Below, one piece after another: positions 12,996-26,350 of a stretch of 64,000 nucleotides of DNA. Made by a program: the position numbers and the translations under genes. The stretch covers positions 21,204,001 through 21,268,000 of the forward strand of contig NC_043015.1 in the NCBI RefSeq assembly GCF_006345805.1, given 5' to 3'. The notes under the pieces are model-generated. The model was not told where the DNA came from, made no database searches, and saw only the letters and a program-made list of their open reading frames with translations. Position 1 is the first letter of the stretch. Each line of letters begins with the position of its first letter. This DNA is from Octopus sinensis. Lineage: Eukaryota.

Positions 12996-13560
12996 ATACG
13001 ACGGGCTTCTTTCAGTTTCCGTCTACCAAATCCACTCACAAGGCTTTGGTGGCCTGAGGCTACGGTAGAAGACACTTCTCCAAGGTGCCACGCAGTGGGA
13101 CTGAACCCGGGAGCTTGTGGTTGGTAAGCAAGCGATTTCCTCATAGCCACCCCTGCGCCTATATAGCGTAAAAAAATTGCTGGTCTGCCCTGTTGGCACA
13201 TACATAAGAATATATTCAAATGTAGATTAGAAGAGCAGCGCTAGTATTGTAAACACTACCGACCAAACATATAGAATGTGTAAGATTTGTATGTATGGAG
13301 GTAGCTTTCGATTTAGCACGGTGGGTATGACTACTTGAAAGCACCAAGTGTGTGTGTGTGCTTGTATATATATATATAGACCACAAGCAACTAAACCTTT
13401 TTTCTATTTTCTCTCCGTTTATTTCTGTCTTCCTTTCTGTCGAAGAGCGTAGGCTCGAAACGTAAGAGACTTTCTCACTTCCCGAGCATTAAACTAATAC
13501 ATCTCTTTGTTGTTTACACACTCGTCTTCTGTTTCTGTTTTTGTTTTTTAAATTCTCACT
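12385..13560. repeat. Near-identical tandem duplication, about 610-bp period (12385-12948 / 12996-13560)
   Basis: Both units read SINE head, unique sequence, then hammerhead-like fragment, and differ only by small indels; junctions lie in (TA)n. Confidence 0.95.
12821..12854 (+). ncRNA. Variant minimal hammerhead-like motif (second copy at 13434-13467)
   Basis: ttt-CTGTCGA-A-GAGC gtag GCTC-GAAACGTA-aga: perfect stem II, palindromic ACGT helix III, GTA site; core reads CUGUCGA instead of CUGANGA. Confidence 0.5.
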
Positions 13561-13585
13561 ATATATATATATATATATATATATA

Positions 13586-13790
13586 CTCCTTACTCTTTTA
13601 CTTGTTTCAGTCATTTTGACTGCGGCCATGCTGGAGCACCGCCTTTAGTCGAACAACTCGACCCCAGGACTTATTCTTTGTAAGCCCAGTACTTATTCTA
13701 TCGGTCTCTTTTGCCGAACCGCTAAGTGACGGGGACATAAACACACCAGCATCGGTTGTCAAGCAATGCTATGGGGACAAACACAGACAC
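13586..13790 (-). mobile_element. SINE family A, 3' half
   Basis: ctctttacttgtttcagtcattttgactgcggccatgctggagcaccgcc...ggttgtcaagc. Confidence 0.85.
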
Positions 13791-13809
13791 ACACGCACAC
13801 ACACACACA

Positions 13810-13875
<66 letters not shown>

Positions 13876-14139
13876 TTATATAAAGTAAACATATATATGT
13901 ATATAGATATAAATATACATATCCAAAATTTTGGGAATGGAGTACAGAAAATCCAGGCAGCAGATGTTTCATATCTACCTGAGCATGGGATGTAGTAATC
14001 ATCAATAAACCACTATCGTTCATGAAATTTGCTGTATTTTTATACCTTCTACAAACTTCTCGAAGTTTACCAACTTCCTACACATCAATCCTTAAATCTT
14101 TACATATAATATATAATACACGCACACACACATATAAAG

Positions 14140-14440
14140 TTAAGGTGCATGGGTTCTGGTTAGGGCATTGCACTAACCATCGCTAGACCATGGGTTCAGG
14201 ACCGGGTGCCGCGTGGTGTTCTTGAGCAAATAGGTTCATTTCACATTGTTCTGGGCCACCCAGCTGTAATTCGTTTAATCTACGACGGAATAACTCACCC
14301 GCACCCCGCTCACAGTAATGTTGACGTGCTCGTTTACGCAGTTGGGCAGCAGCATTTGAGAGCTAAAACAATGCATAGGCGATTGTGACCGGCCATGTAT
14401 AACAATACCAGATAATCTGGTCTAAACCATAATACCGTGA
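14140..14440 (+). mobile_element. Old, degenerate tRNA-SINE with tail related to the family B type 2 tail
   Basis: tggttagggc...gggttcaggaccggg head; gctaaaacaatgc...attgtgacc tail matches the reverse complement of 21280-21335. Confidence 0.55.
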
Positions 14441-15039
14441 GATATATGTGTGTGTGTGTTTATGGATCTACAGAAGCACACAAGCACACACAGTTATACA
14501 CATACTCACACACATGCATAGTGATAGATATCTTTTATTGTTTTATTGTTTCAGTCATTACACCGCGGCCATCTTGCAGCACTGCAATTCAAAGGACACT
14601 ACTCGAACCGGTTTTTACACAGTCTCTGCGGTCCAAATGCATTCACAAGGCGACGGTCGTTTTGGGTTTATGGAAGAGAAGTGATTGACTTAGCAGCTAG
14701 GTGCACCGTGGAATTGAACCTGTGAGTAAATATTTGAAAACCTTAGTCCTGGACTGTAAAGTACATTAAAATCGGAACGTGAAGGCAAGTATGGACAGAA
14801 AGCGGAGCGATGCTGTGCGGCAGGACGGCCAGGTCTGTTTCTCTCTGATATTCCTGTGATGACTCACCCCAAAGAAATCTTACTCGCCTCATGCAACGCA
14901 ACATATCTTTCAACACCATTTCAAAGATGGAGAAGACCATTCTTCCATATCGATATGCGCGTAATATCGATCACTATTTTAAGAAGTATGGTTCCAATCA
15001 CAGACATAATAGTAGTAACAATGCTGCTGCTGATAATGA

Positions 15040-15100
15040 TAACAACAAAGCAAGAACAACAACAACAATGATAATAGTAATGATAATAATAGCAATAATA

Positions 15101-15133
<33 letters not shown>

Positions 15134-15149
15134 TAATAATAATAATAAT

Positions 15150-15211
<62 letters not shown>

Positions 15212-15360
15212 TGATAATAATAATAATGATAATAGTAATAATGATGAAAATAATAATAATAATGATAAAAGTAATAACAATAATAATGATAATCACAACA
15301 CAATAGTAAGCAAGAAAAAGCACGAGAACAAGAACAACTACAACAACAACAGTAACAAGA
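15040..15360. repeat. (AAT)n/(AAC)n microsatellite
   Basis: Direct reading. Confidence 0.95.
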
Positions 15361-15456
15361 GCAACATTTATGCACATACTGTAGAGTAGCAAGCAGAGTC
15401 TCACAATAATAACCATTGTAATACTACCTAACAATACATCGGAATCGATAGCTTTA

Positions 15457-15497
<41 letters not shown>

Positions 15498-15502
15498 GTA
15501 TC

Positions 15503-15534
<32 letters not shown>

Positions 15535-15564
15535 TGTATGTATGTATGTATGTATGTATGTATG

Positions 15565-15595
<31 letters not shown>

Positions 15596-15610
15596 TTGTC
15601 TGTCTGTCTA

Positions 15611-15647
<37 letters not shown>

Positions 15648-15900
15648 ACACATACATACATGTATTTGTATATGTGTGTGTGTGTGCGCGCGCGCGCGCG
15701 TGTGTGTGTGCGTATGTGTGTGCGTATGTGTGCGTATAGATGTGCATTTATATATGTTTATATGCGAACGTATGCGCTTATGCATATATGTACGCATATA
15801 TTTGTATACATTGATATACGTGTAAAAACATTTCTTATATCTATGTATACATCCATCCGCACACGCACATATATGCATACATACACACACATCATATATG

Positions 15901-15962
<62 letters not shown>

Positions 15963-17314
15963 GTATGTATATATATATATATACCTATATTTCCAAGAGA
16001 GATCTTGGGAATAAAAAAAAAAAAAAATGATGTAAAGAGAGAGAAGTCTGATACAAGAGGAAAGAGAGAGACGTAGAAATAAAGAGGGATGCGAAATATC
16101 TTTATAGGGTGACTATATCAAATCATGTGTGTATATATATATATATATATATTTATTTATTTATTTATTTATACATACACACTTACATGCGCGCACACAA
16201 ACATATACAAGACATACATAAACGTACATATATATGCATATACGTCCTCATACACATACACTCACGCACACATATCGGGACCACCAAAATTTTACAACCA
16301 TTGATCATATTTTTATATGTTGCATAATTTCATAGCTGAGGGAGCGAATCGACGAACTAAACCTGTATTATTTAATTCTCTATAACGTCTTCTACAAAGC
16401 AACTTCTGCCGCTATGTTGAATTATCTTGTTTTTACATCAATGTGCATAATTTTCATCGTTCGTATAGACTACAAGGCGCCATATATTTCATACCAGAAA
16501 TGAAAATATTATTATTAACACAAACAACGATTTCCCATTGAGCAAAATATAATATTCACAAGTTAATATCCAGTGCGATATTCTTTTCTCTCAATGACCT
16601 CCCTACATCTTGAAAGGTAGAGAAACAATCATACGCTGGCAACCAGAAATTGGAATTTATTTCCATCATACTTTGATCACAGCCAACAGATTGTTGATAT
16701 TCGACTGTTTCTCAGCTTTGATGTCATGATCGACTACTTCCCTGAGATTTGTACCAAAGAGATGAAATTTATATTTCTCAGAGAAATACGTCATAACTCG
16801 ACGCGGAAATATGTTAAATAAGAAAGTAGAAATTTTGTACGTGTGCAGTCATATGAATACATTACTCCTGGGGAAATATCAACTACAGACGGGGTAACTA
16901 TCCTCCCTATCGCTCGTTCAATATTAATTCTTCTCTATAAAGAACGGAACTTTATAGTAGTCGTTCTCTCTCTCCTCTAAGCAACCCTAAACTAAATACT
17001 TGACAACCACCTTTTCTCTCATATCAGTACCTCTTTCATCCTTGGTTAGTGAAAAGAAGTTTGATTATTTTCACAGTGATTCCTCGCTCCATTTTGTTGT
17101 GCGGTTTATCACCTGCCATGGAATAATTTAAATTTGGCGTATACCTTGTCTTTATTACTTCAATTCGCAAACGCGTTCTTCCATAGATTGCTTGGCTGTC
17201 TAAAAGGTTGCATTAAAGGTTACGAGAGAAATTCTGAATGATAATTTGCGAGAGAGAGAAAGAGAGAGAGGGAGAGAGAGAGAGAGAGAGGAGAGAGACA
17301 TATGTACACATATC

Positions 17315-17347
<33 letters not shown>

Positions 17348-19166
17348 ACATGAGTATTGCTGAAATAAAGTGTGAAAGGAAGATAAGAGGAAAAAAGCGA
17401 AAAACCCAAACACGAAAATGCAATAGGTTTGGAAAGAAATTTATTCGGTTGATACTCGGAGAATTAGATAACAGGCATCAGATATCAGCCTTCTTTGGAA
17501 TTTTTATATCAGTGGATGGAAAGAAATGAAAGACGACGCAAAAAAAAAACCCCAGAGAAGATTGCGCCAGACATCTTATCCCAATTGTGTTGCTTCTTTT
17601 ATACTATCAACAAAATATTATAGTTTCTCCGGTCTGTTTAGCGACGCCACTGATGTTATTTGTCAGTAGATCTACCTGACAGAAGAACTCTTTTAGTAGG
17701 CCTGATGATTATAGACGGGAATATGATCTCAACTGCATTCTAAGTTGTATGAAGCCTTAGCATCTCTACCCCCCCTCTTTCTATCTTTCTCTCTGTCAAC
17801 TTTGCTTTTTAGAAAGGTATGAAACTGATTTGTGATACGGGAAACAGATATTGCATAATGTCAATTTTGATGAACAGGATTTTATTTTAAGCTTTGGTCT
17901 GTAGTAAGGAATACGTGTCCAGACACAGCCTGGATATCTTCTGTCCTATTTAGCTCAAACCTCGTAGACTTTCTACTGCTGCTAATTTGTTGGGAAGAAA
18001 CTATTCGAAACCTCTTCGGATGTTAACAGTATAAGAAAAATGCTATCGTCATTAAACTTAAAGTCACATTGAAAGGAAAGCATTTAAATTCGGTGACATC
18101 CTTTTTAAACAGGGCAAACACAGAATTTATCGATATGGGATCTGATAGGAATTTTCCTCAGCATTTCAGCTTTGGTGGAACGAATGAATAAGACTAAAAT
18201 CATTTTCCTGTAATATCATGATACTCTTGGCAATGACGAAATGAATTTCCACATTAAAATGCATTCTTATACCGATGGTCGGAGTAACAGTGAATATCCA
18301 CTTTTTTCTTTTAGCCACAGTGGAATTTTAAACCACGATAGCATTAAAGACATCATTTTCAACCCATCGAGGCGTCCCTAGAGAAAATTACCTGTACGAG
18401 ACGACGGGATGTGGATAGAGATCATAACCATCAACGGAACACCAATGAATGAATATTCCACACATATTAGAAATTGGTGTAATGAATCTACAGGGAATCA
18501 AAATAGACTCGTAATTGACAAAATTTTCAATTCTAAACTCCCTAAAGACAAACCTCGCTAGGAAAATGAGAAACTCGCCAAAAGTAAAGCATATTTATTA
18601 TCTGATCTTTCACTGATATTTATCTAGTTACACATAAAATAAACGTGCATAAGATAAACAATAAAATGTTTACGAATATTCTAGGAAAAAAGGCGGATGG
18701 AACATACTATTTGTATCGAAAACCCTTTTGGAACGAAGAAGCTAAACCTGAGTGGTAACATAGTAGATAAAGGGTAATAAAGTTATATTCAATATTGAAA
18801 CAGCTACCAGAGTCAAGAAAACTAGATCCACCAAATCAATTGTCTATAGCTGTTCCCCATTTGACAGACAAATTTCTAGAAAGAATTGCAATATTAGCGT
18901 CAAAAATTATAAAGTATCGCAGAGCGTATACGATATTGAGATCTAAAGGGCGTAAATCTCCTTTAATCTCGTATAGAGGAGATATACAACGGTATATATG
19001 AAAGATTGGGGTACTGGTGAAAGATCAATCAATAAGAGAAAGATCGGGCAAGAGGTGAATGCCTGGAGCAAAGGTATTGATAAAGACTGAGAACAGCGAT
19101 ATCGAAAATAGTTCTACGTGTATCTTTTTATCATCTGCACCACCACCACTACCATCACCACCATCA

Positions 19167-19283
19167 TGCATTGTTTATACCATTTATTATTTTGAATACT
19201 ATCAGTGGAATTTTTGAAACATGTGTCGAAAGTAAAAATATTTGATTAATACCTGCGTTAAACTCCATTTATTTATTCATATA
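19167..19283 (+). mobile_element. 5'-truncated copy of the hammerhead element at 22304-22440
   Basis: tgcattgtttataccatt...tttgaaacatgtgtcgaaagtaaaaatatttg...aactccatttatttattcatata is nearly identical to 22323-22440. Confidence 0.85.
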
Positions 19284-19509
19284 TATATATATATAGGAAG
19301 AAAAATAAAATGTAGATTGTGGAATTAATAAATGATTATAATCAACAAGACAATCGTTACCGCTTACAGCTGTTTCAACTAACATTCATTGAAATAATTA
19401 TTTAATTCATATGCCCTGAGCAATATTAATTATTAGGTATTGAACCAGTATTTCCTTGGATGGCACCATCCCCTCCTGAGGCTAACACAACCTCTAATCG
19501 AGTTTTACA

Positions 19510-19541
<32 letters not shown>

Positions 19542-20492
19542 TTTATGCTTATCGGATTGTGTGACTTATTTAGCTTTTTACACAATGGATACACAGTGCA
19601 GTCGTCATAACGATAATAACGTATGAGATTTCTACTATAAGCAGATCATGTAAACATCCGTTGAGACAATATATAAATACACAGCAAACGACATCTGCTA
19701 TTGTCATCTTGCCCATTAGAGAAACGATACGGACAATAGCAAGCATTGATGGTAATAACGATAAATAAATAAATAGAGCAGATGTCAAAATTTGAAGAGA
19801 TGAAGGATGAGAAAAGAGAAACAAATGAAATTGAATCTAAAGGCAATAATAAGCCCAGAAGCCCTAACATACATCAAAAAGCAACGAGATAATAGATCCA
19901 CTACTGGAGCACAAATGAGCACAAATGAACAACTAGACAAAACAAAATAATTATTCCATATATCGGTTTGACATTAACGACTCCCATGCTTAAGAAGGAA
20001 TGTAATTAAGGAAAGAGAGGAAATAACGAAGAAGAAAGAGAGAAACACCGTATTTTACTTCAAATGATTGAAACTTGTATAAAACGATTGTCAAGAATCG
20101 CAGCGGATTCGTGTCAATAAACCGGTTGGATATGTGCGTAGAAGACTTTTGGCATTTCAGAGTAGACAATATTACTAAGAAGATGAGGGAAAGTGAAGCA
20201 TTATTAACAAATAAAGGAACGGTAAACGTGACAGTTTGTTGAATGTCGTTAAATAACGAAAGTGACTCTTCCACTTGTAAGTATCTCTCTCTCTCTCGCA
20301 CGCTTAACACACGCACAACACAGAGTCAGGTGTGCGTGCATATAAATCCGTAAGCATACACACATACATACATACATACATATATATATAATGCAAACAC
20401 ACACACACACACACACACATATAATTATATGTACATGCATACATATATGTATCCAAAACACACACATATATATACTAACATGTATATATATG

Positions 20493-20620
20493 AAAAAAGT
20501 GGTATGATGACACCTTGTTCTCTGGACCGGAAAGTACTTAAGATCCAGGAACTCATCCTACGAGCTATATCGACCTTCTTGTTGATGTGTGCACTCCAAC
20601 TGAGATCGTCATCAACAATA
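20493..20620 (-). pseudogene. CR1/Jockey-group LINE RT C-terminal fragment within (TA)n
   Basis: Translates IVDDDLSWSAHINKKVDIARRMSSWILSTFRSREQGVIIPLF, typical of the D.xLsw..Hi region. Confidence 0.75.
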
Positions 20621-21221
20621 TATATATACATATATATATATAGTTCGTATTTGCATTTGGTTTGCAAGGTTCTTTGTGTGAATTCGTGTGTTGAAAGAAA
20701 TACTATTGATTTTGGGGAGGGTCATTATGCAGGTAATAATAAACACACGCACTGGTTCGGTCCTTTATTGTTATTGTTCTATATTGTTCGTGTTGTTATT
20801 CCATTTTTGTTTGTCAAATAATTATTTCATCGCATTGCTGTAGTCTCTTCAGTGACACGTCTCTCTACTTCCATTTCATTTAAACTTATATTCCAGCGTT
20901 GGAATTTGTACGAGATCTGTCCGAGATAAGTATGTGACTTTATGCATGTCAGTATGTGTGTGCGTTTATACGTATAAACACACACACACACACGTGCTCA
21001 TCACGGTCACATCCCAGTTCTGGTACATAAGTTCAAATGAAATAGCATTAGAGAGACATGACACTGAAGATACTGCAACAATGCGACGAAATGATTAGTT
21101 GACACAAAAATAGAAATAACAACACGAACACTACTGAACAAAAACAATAAAGTATCGAACCACTGTGTGTGTTTGTTATTACCGACATAATGTCGCTCCA
21201 GAGATCAAAAGAATATATATA

Positions 21222-21253
<32 letters not shown>

Positions 21254-21257
<4 letters not shown>

Positions 21258-21545
21258 CGTGATCACCGTGACCGACCAGGCTATCAGATGTTGCTACACA
21301 TCGCTGGTCACAATGCGCTTCGCATTATTTTAGCCTTTAAATGACACCACCCCGCTGGCTAAGCGAGCAGGCCAACAGAAGAAAGAGTGAGAGAAAATTG
21401 TGACGTAAGAGAGCAGCAGGATCGCCATCACCCCCTACCAGAGCTACGGGGAGCTTTAGGTGTTTTCACTCAATAAACACTCACAACGCCCGGTCTGGGA
21501 ATCGAAACTGCGATCCTACAACCGCGAGTCCGCTGCCCTAACCAC
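21254..21545 (-). mobile_element. SINE family B (tail type 2)
   Basis: Same head as 4296 (ttagggcagcggactcgcgg...tttcgattcccagaccgggcg), different tail ending (cacggtgat)2. Confidence 0.85.
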
Positions 21546-21554
21546 ACACACACG

Positions 21555-21608
<54 letters not shown>

Positions 21609-21609
21609 C

Positions 21610-21676
<67 letters not shown>

Positions 21677-21737
21677 TATACATATATATATATATATACA
21701 TATATAGGTACATATATACATATATACATACATATGT

Positions 21738-21813
<76 letters not shown>

Positions 21814-21814
21814 G

Positions 21815-22431
21815 AGAGTATTTTTACCTAGTCAACAATTAATACGGAAAAAATAAATAGTTAACAGGGTAGCAAAAATCTCACAAATAAAGAGGTTGCA
21901 ACTCCTTGTTTATAAACGTAGAAACTTCGTGTTTACGTGGAAGTTTTTGTATAATATATGAATAAATAAATTGAGTTTAAGGCAGGTTAATTTTGAGCTA
22001 TTTTTCATTATTTTTCCTAAAAATCCCCTAGTAAACACGGTTATAGAGCGAGCATACAGATGTAAACATTGGCAAAACCACACCTTTAGTACATATAAGT
22101 AGTCTCTATCATTATATATAATTTAAAATTCAATTTCCTTTATATTTAACATTCACTATTAATATCCCTACTCTTTCTGTAAGATACTTATGACGTTATA
22201 TCATATAACGTTTTTTTAAACAATATTAGTAGCGTTCAGTTAATCGCTATACAAATCCATCATTTTTTGCTAAAATGTCTTATTGACGAGTTTCGTTTTT
22301 TTCACTTTCCTGAAGAGAAGATTGCATTGTTTATACCATTTATTCTTTTGAATAGTATCAGTGGAATTTTTGAAACATGTGTCGAAAGTAAAAATATTTG
22401 ATTTATTCCTGCGTTAAACTCCATTTATTTA

Positions 22432-22440
<9 letters not shown>
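21815..22440 (+). mobile_element. Non-coding Penelope-type element with inverted terminal copy and hammerhead
   Basis: 21954-21986 (atatatgaataaataaattgagtttaaggcagg) is an inverted copy of 22408-22440; the upstream extension (cagggtagcaaaa...) recurs at 23357; hammerhead at 22304-22389. Confidence 0.65.
22304..22389 (+). ncRNA. Minimal type I hammerhead ribozyme motif
   Basis: Stem I actttc(22304-22309)/gaaagt(22384-22389); CTGAAGA(22310-22316); stem II gaaga/ttttt (gaaga/tcttc in the related copy at 23466-23519); GAAACATGTGTC with GTC site at 22381-22383. Confidence 0.8.
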
Positions 22441-22470
<30 letters not shown>

Positions 22471-22583
22471 ATATTTTGGAATGGTCATTTTGCCAGTTTA
22501 GCCAATAAAAACACACACACTATATGTTTGGTGTTATTTTGCTTCAGTGTTATTTTTTTTTACATTAATCTTAATCTTATTTC

Positions 22584-22628
22584 GGCCAGAGTTCTTTCGT
22601 CACACTCCTGTGACCGCATCAGTGGTCC
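22584..22628 (-). ncRNA. Variant hammerhead-like motif
   Basis: Minus strand ggacca-CTGATGCG-GTCACA ggag TGTGAC-GAAAGAACTC-tggcc: 6-bp stem II, partial stem I, non-canonical core position 9. Confidence 0.4.
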
Positions 22629-22886
22629 TTTGTTTTCTTCTTTCTTATTTGTGTCTCTCCTTACTAACCGTCAGCCATTTTGTATTTCTATTGTATGTCT
22701 TCATTTGCGGATGCTTATATCTCTATGTGCGTCTATGTCTATTTAGTGTGTGTGTGTGAGGGGATGCCTGTAATATTTGTATCTCCTGTTTATATACGTT
22801 CATGTAATTTGTATTTTGTTTTTGTTGTTGTTGTTTTTGTATATTCTTATTTTGTTCATATTTTGAATAAATCTCAACTAATGATA

Positions 22887-22919
<33 letters not shown>

Positions 22920-23349
22920 GTAAAGATAGAAAGAGAAGACGTAATGTACCATGACCTCCAAAATGATTTCGTCTATAATATGCAGTACTTTGTGGGCGTG
23001 GAACGATGCAATAACGCCAGAGACATAGCACAATGTATAGAATAATCCTCATTTGCTTAACGACTTGAAGCGTTACACTGCAAAATTGTATGATTCAAAT
23101 ATATTAAGCCTTCTTTCCTCATCTGGAGGACCTTTTCTTTTCTCTTCTTTTATTTTATCTGTTTGTCCTCAGTTTGATGAAGCTCCATGTACCAGATTGG
23201 ATGTGCTATAGACTATGACGAATATTATTCTCAGAATTTTCCTTTGCAGCGCTGATGGACATTGGAAGCAGAAACGGCTGCTAGAAGTGAATGCAAATGG
23301 ATGAATGAATTATCCTTTGTTTACTGTTAACATGGAAAATTTCAATAAA

Positions 23350-23584
23350 CAGTTACCAGGGTAGCAAAATTCATGCAAGTAACAAGGATGTAGCGACCTA
23401 TTCAAAGGTAGAAACTCCGGGTTAATGTGCAGTAATTTGTGTAGTATAAGTAAATAAATGGATGAGAAGATTGTATTTTACGCCGTTTATTCCTTTGGAA
23501 TAAAACCAATGTTGTCTTCGAAACATATGTTGAAAGTAAAAGAATTTGAATAGCATATGCGTTCAACTCCATTTATTTACTTAA

Positions 23585-23586
<2 letters not shown>
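23350..23586 (+). mobile_element. Diverged relative of the 21815-22440 element, with a hammerhead truncated at the inversion point
   Basis: taagtaaataaatgga (about 23447-23462) is inverted to tccatttatttactta (23568-23583); GATGA-GAAGA...TCTTC-GAAACATATGTT-gaaagt at 23461-23537. Confidence 0.65.
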
Positions 23587-23632
<46 letters not shown>

Positions 23633-24626
23633 GTATGTATATATATTCATATACATAAATATAGATACATAGACATGCATATATTTGTTTGTACGTTTGG
23701 TTTAGTCACAAGCAAGCGTGTCTTAAGCAAGAGTTACCTAAATTGCCAGAAGATCTTGCCAAGCTACCCTGAAAATGTACCGTACTCTATTAACATAGGG
23801 AGAATGTTATTATTGAGGCCCTGAATAACAAAAATTGGGTTGTAACAAATAATGTTATACCACTGAGTATATTTATTCTATCTCAACAGATTTGGGAATT
23901 TATTCAGACGAAGAACTGCAACAATATCAGGAAAAATACGGAAAGCAGTTGTATTTCAGAAGGGTTAGCTTTCGAATGCTTAAATATATTCACATGATAC
24001 TTTCCACGTTGCTCGTCCTGAAGTCGAAGAAGACAAAATGAAATCTCTCAACGACAGAATCACGATAACAATCAATGTGGGGGAGCAAGAACTGTAATCT
24101 ATCATCTGATCGATATCATTAATATATCTAAATATCAATATTTCAACAACCGAACCAGGCAACCTGAAACTCTTCTATATTGTCTTCGAGATTGTCTGAT
24201 GAAAAATAGGAAGATTTACAATGATAATAATAATGATTATGATTATAATAATAAGAATAATACTGATGATGATGATGATGATGATGATAATAATAATGAG
24301 TATATTAATAAAGGTTTCACAAAAATATATCAAGAACAATGTTTCGACATGTTAACCCTGTAGCAAGAGATTATACGCGACCAAAGATAATTATATTATT
24401 CGCTAGCGAGTTATAGACTGAGAAAGAAAGAGAGAAAAAGACGGAGAGACTGAGAGAGTAGGAAGAGGGGGACTTACACATAATGAGGAAAGAAAGAGCG
24501 AGGAAGATAGGTAGAGAAGAAAGTAAAGGGAAAATAAAACGAAGAATAAAAAACTAGAAGTGAAATAGAGAGTGTGAGAAAGAGGGCAAAAGAGAGAGAG
24601 AGAGAGAGAGGAGGGATAAAGAGACG

Positions 24627-24665
<39 letters not shown>

Positions 24666-25042
24666 TGTATGTATATATTTATATGTATGCATATAAATGT
24701 ATATATACATGTATATATGTATATATATATGTATTATACATATATATATATATGTATATATATGTATATGTATATATATATATTATATATACATATATAT
24801 ATGTATATATATGTATATGTACGTGTATATATATATACATATTACATATATATATATATATATGTATATGTACGTGTATATATACATGTATATATATGTA
24901 TGTATATATATATATATATATTATATATATATATATGTACATATATATATGTATATATATATATGTATATATATATATACATATACATATATATACATAT
25001 ATACATATATATATATATTATATATATAAATATAAATATACA

Positions 25043-25073
<31 letters not shown>

Positions 25074-25114
25074 TTATATACATATGTATATATATGTACA
25101 CAGACACACACAAG

Positions 25115-25164
<50 letters not shown>

Positions 25165-25407
25165 GGTAGATAGATAAACAGAGACAGACAGACAAAGAGA
25201 GAGTGAGTGAGTGAGTGAAGGAAGAGTCAGTAGAGATATAACTAAAGGGAGATAAAGAAAGGTTAAAAGAGCCACACGGGCAAACAGAAAGACAAGAAAA
25301 TATTGAACAAGAGAAAGAGAAGATTGACAGACAGAGAGAGTGCGTAATGTAATTTGCTAATTGTGTAGTCATCTAAATATCGTATCAATGTTGGATATCT
25401 AATCTGC

Positions 25408-25408
25408 A

Positions 25409-25470
<62 letters not shown>

Positions 25471-25477
25471 TAATAAT

Positions 25478-25537
<60 letters not shown>

Positions 25538-25560
25538 GCTGATGATGATGATGATGATCG
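25408..25560. repeat. (AAT)n then (GAT)n microsatellite
   Basis: Direct reading. Confidence 0.95.
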
Positions 25561-26297
25561 TGATGGTATATCCATAGCTGTTGCTGATCAGAGATATCGC
25601 GGTGGTGACATATACCAGTTGTTACATTATAAAACGTTATATGATATCAAATACTACAAGCAGGAAACGGTAAAGTTGAAAACACGAGACATACGACTAC
25701 AATAATTCCGCTCACCGCCATTCCCGCTTTCGCAGCAAATACAATTAGAACGAGAAAATATATACCAGCAGAAGAAGCAGCCGTAGCAGAAGCAGCGATC
25801 GTAATGATATGTAAATTAAGAAATAAAAACTAAAAAAAAAAAGCAAATTAATAACCACATAGAGTAACTACATTAATAAAGCGATGTATATAGTATTGAT
25901 GAAGCATAGTGGCACATTTTCGGTTGTATAGCACAGGAGTTACGCACACACACACGCACGAACGCACAATTTTCAACGGTGTTGGAGAACATAAAGGTTA
26001 AATTTGTAGATAAAAAAGTTATCTGTCATGAAGGACTGTAAACCATATCCACAATGGAAAATAGTTGCCTGTATCATGATTATTCGCGCCAAAGGCGGAT
26101 ATCATGGCTATAGTCACCAGCAGTTTATGTGTCTGAATTGAATTTAAGGCCATGGCCTTCAATTGTCTGAAAGATTCCGGCGTGCGGAATGCCGCCGTGT
26201 CCATTCTTGTTGGCCACGGCTTCCTCGTCTCCGTTGCAGCTGTTCATGACAAGTCTTATAAGCTCGACAGTGTTCACAGTGCATTCAGCAGCAGTCA

Positions 26298-26350
<53 letters not shown>

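Noticed and set aside
18050-19100. Possible ancient retroelement or RNase H remnant (YTDG-like at about 18268)
   Set aside because: A single short motif with no colinear supporting residues.
19350-19380. Minus-strand GAAACAGCTGTA hammerhead 3' half
   Set aside because: No matching CUGANGA or stem I partner could be found upstream, so it is not called as a ribozyme.
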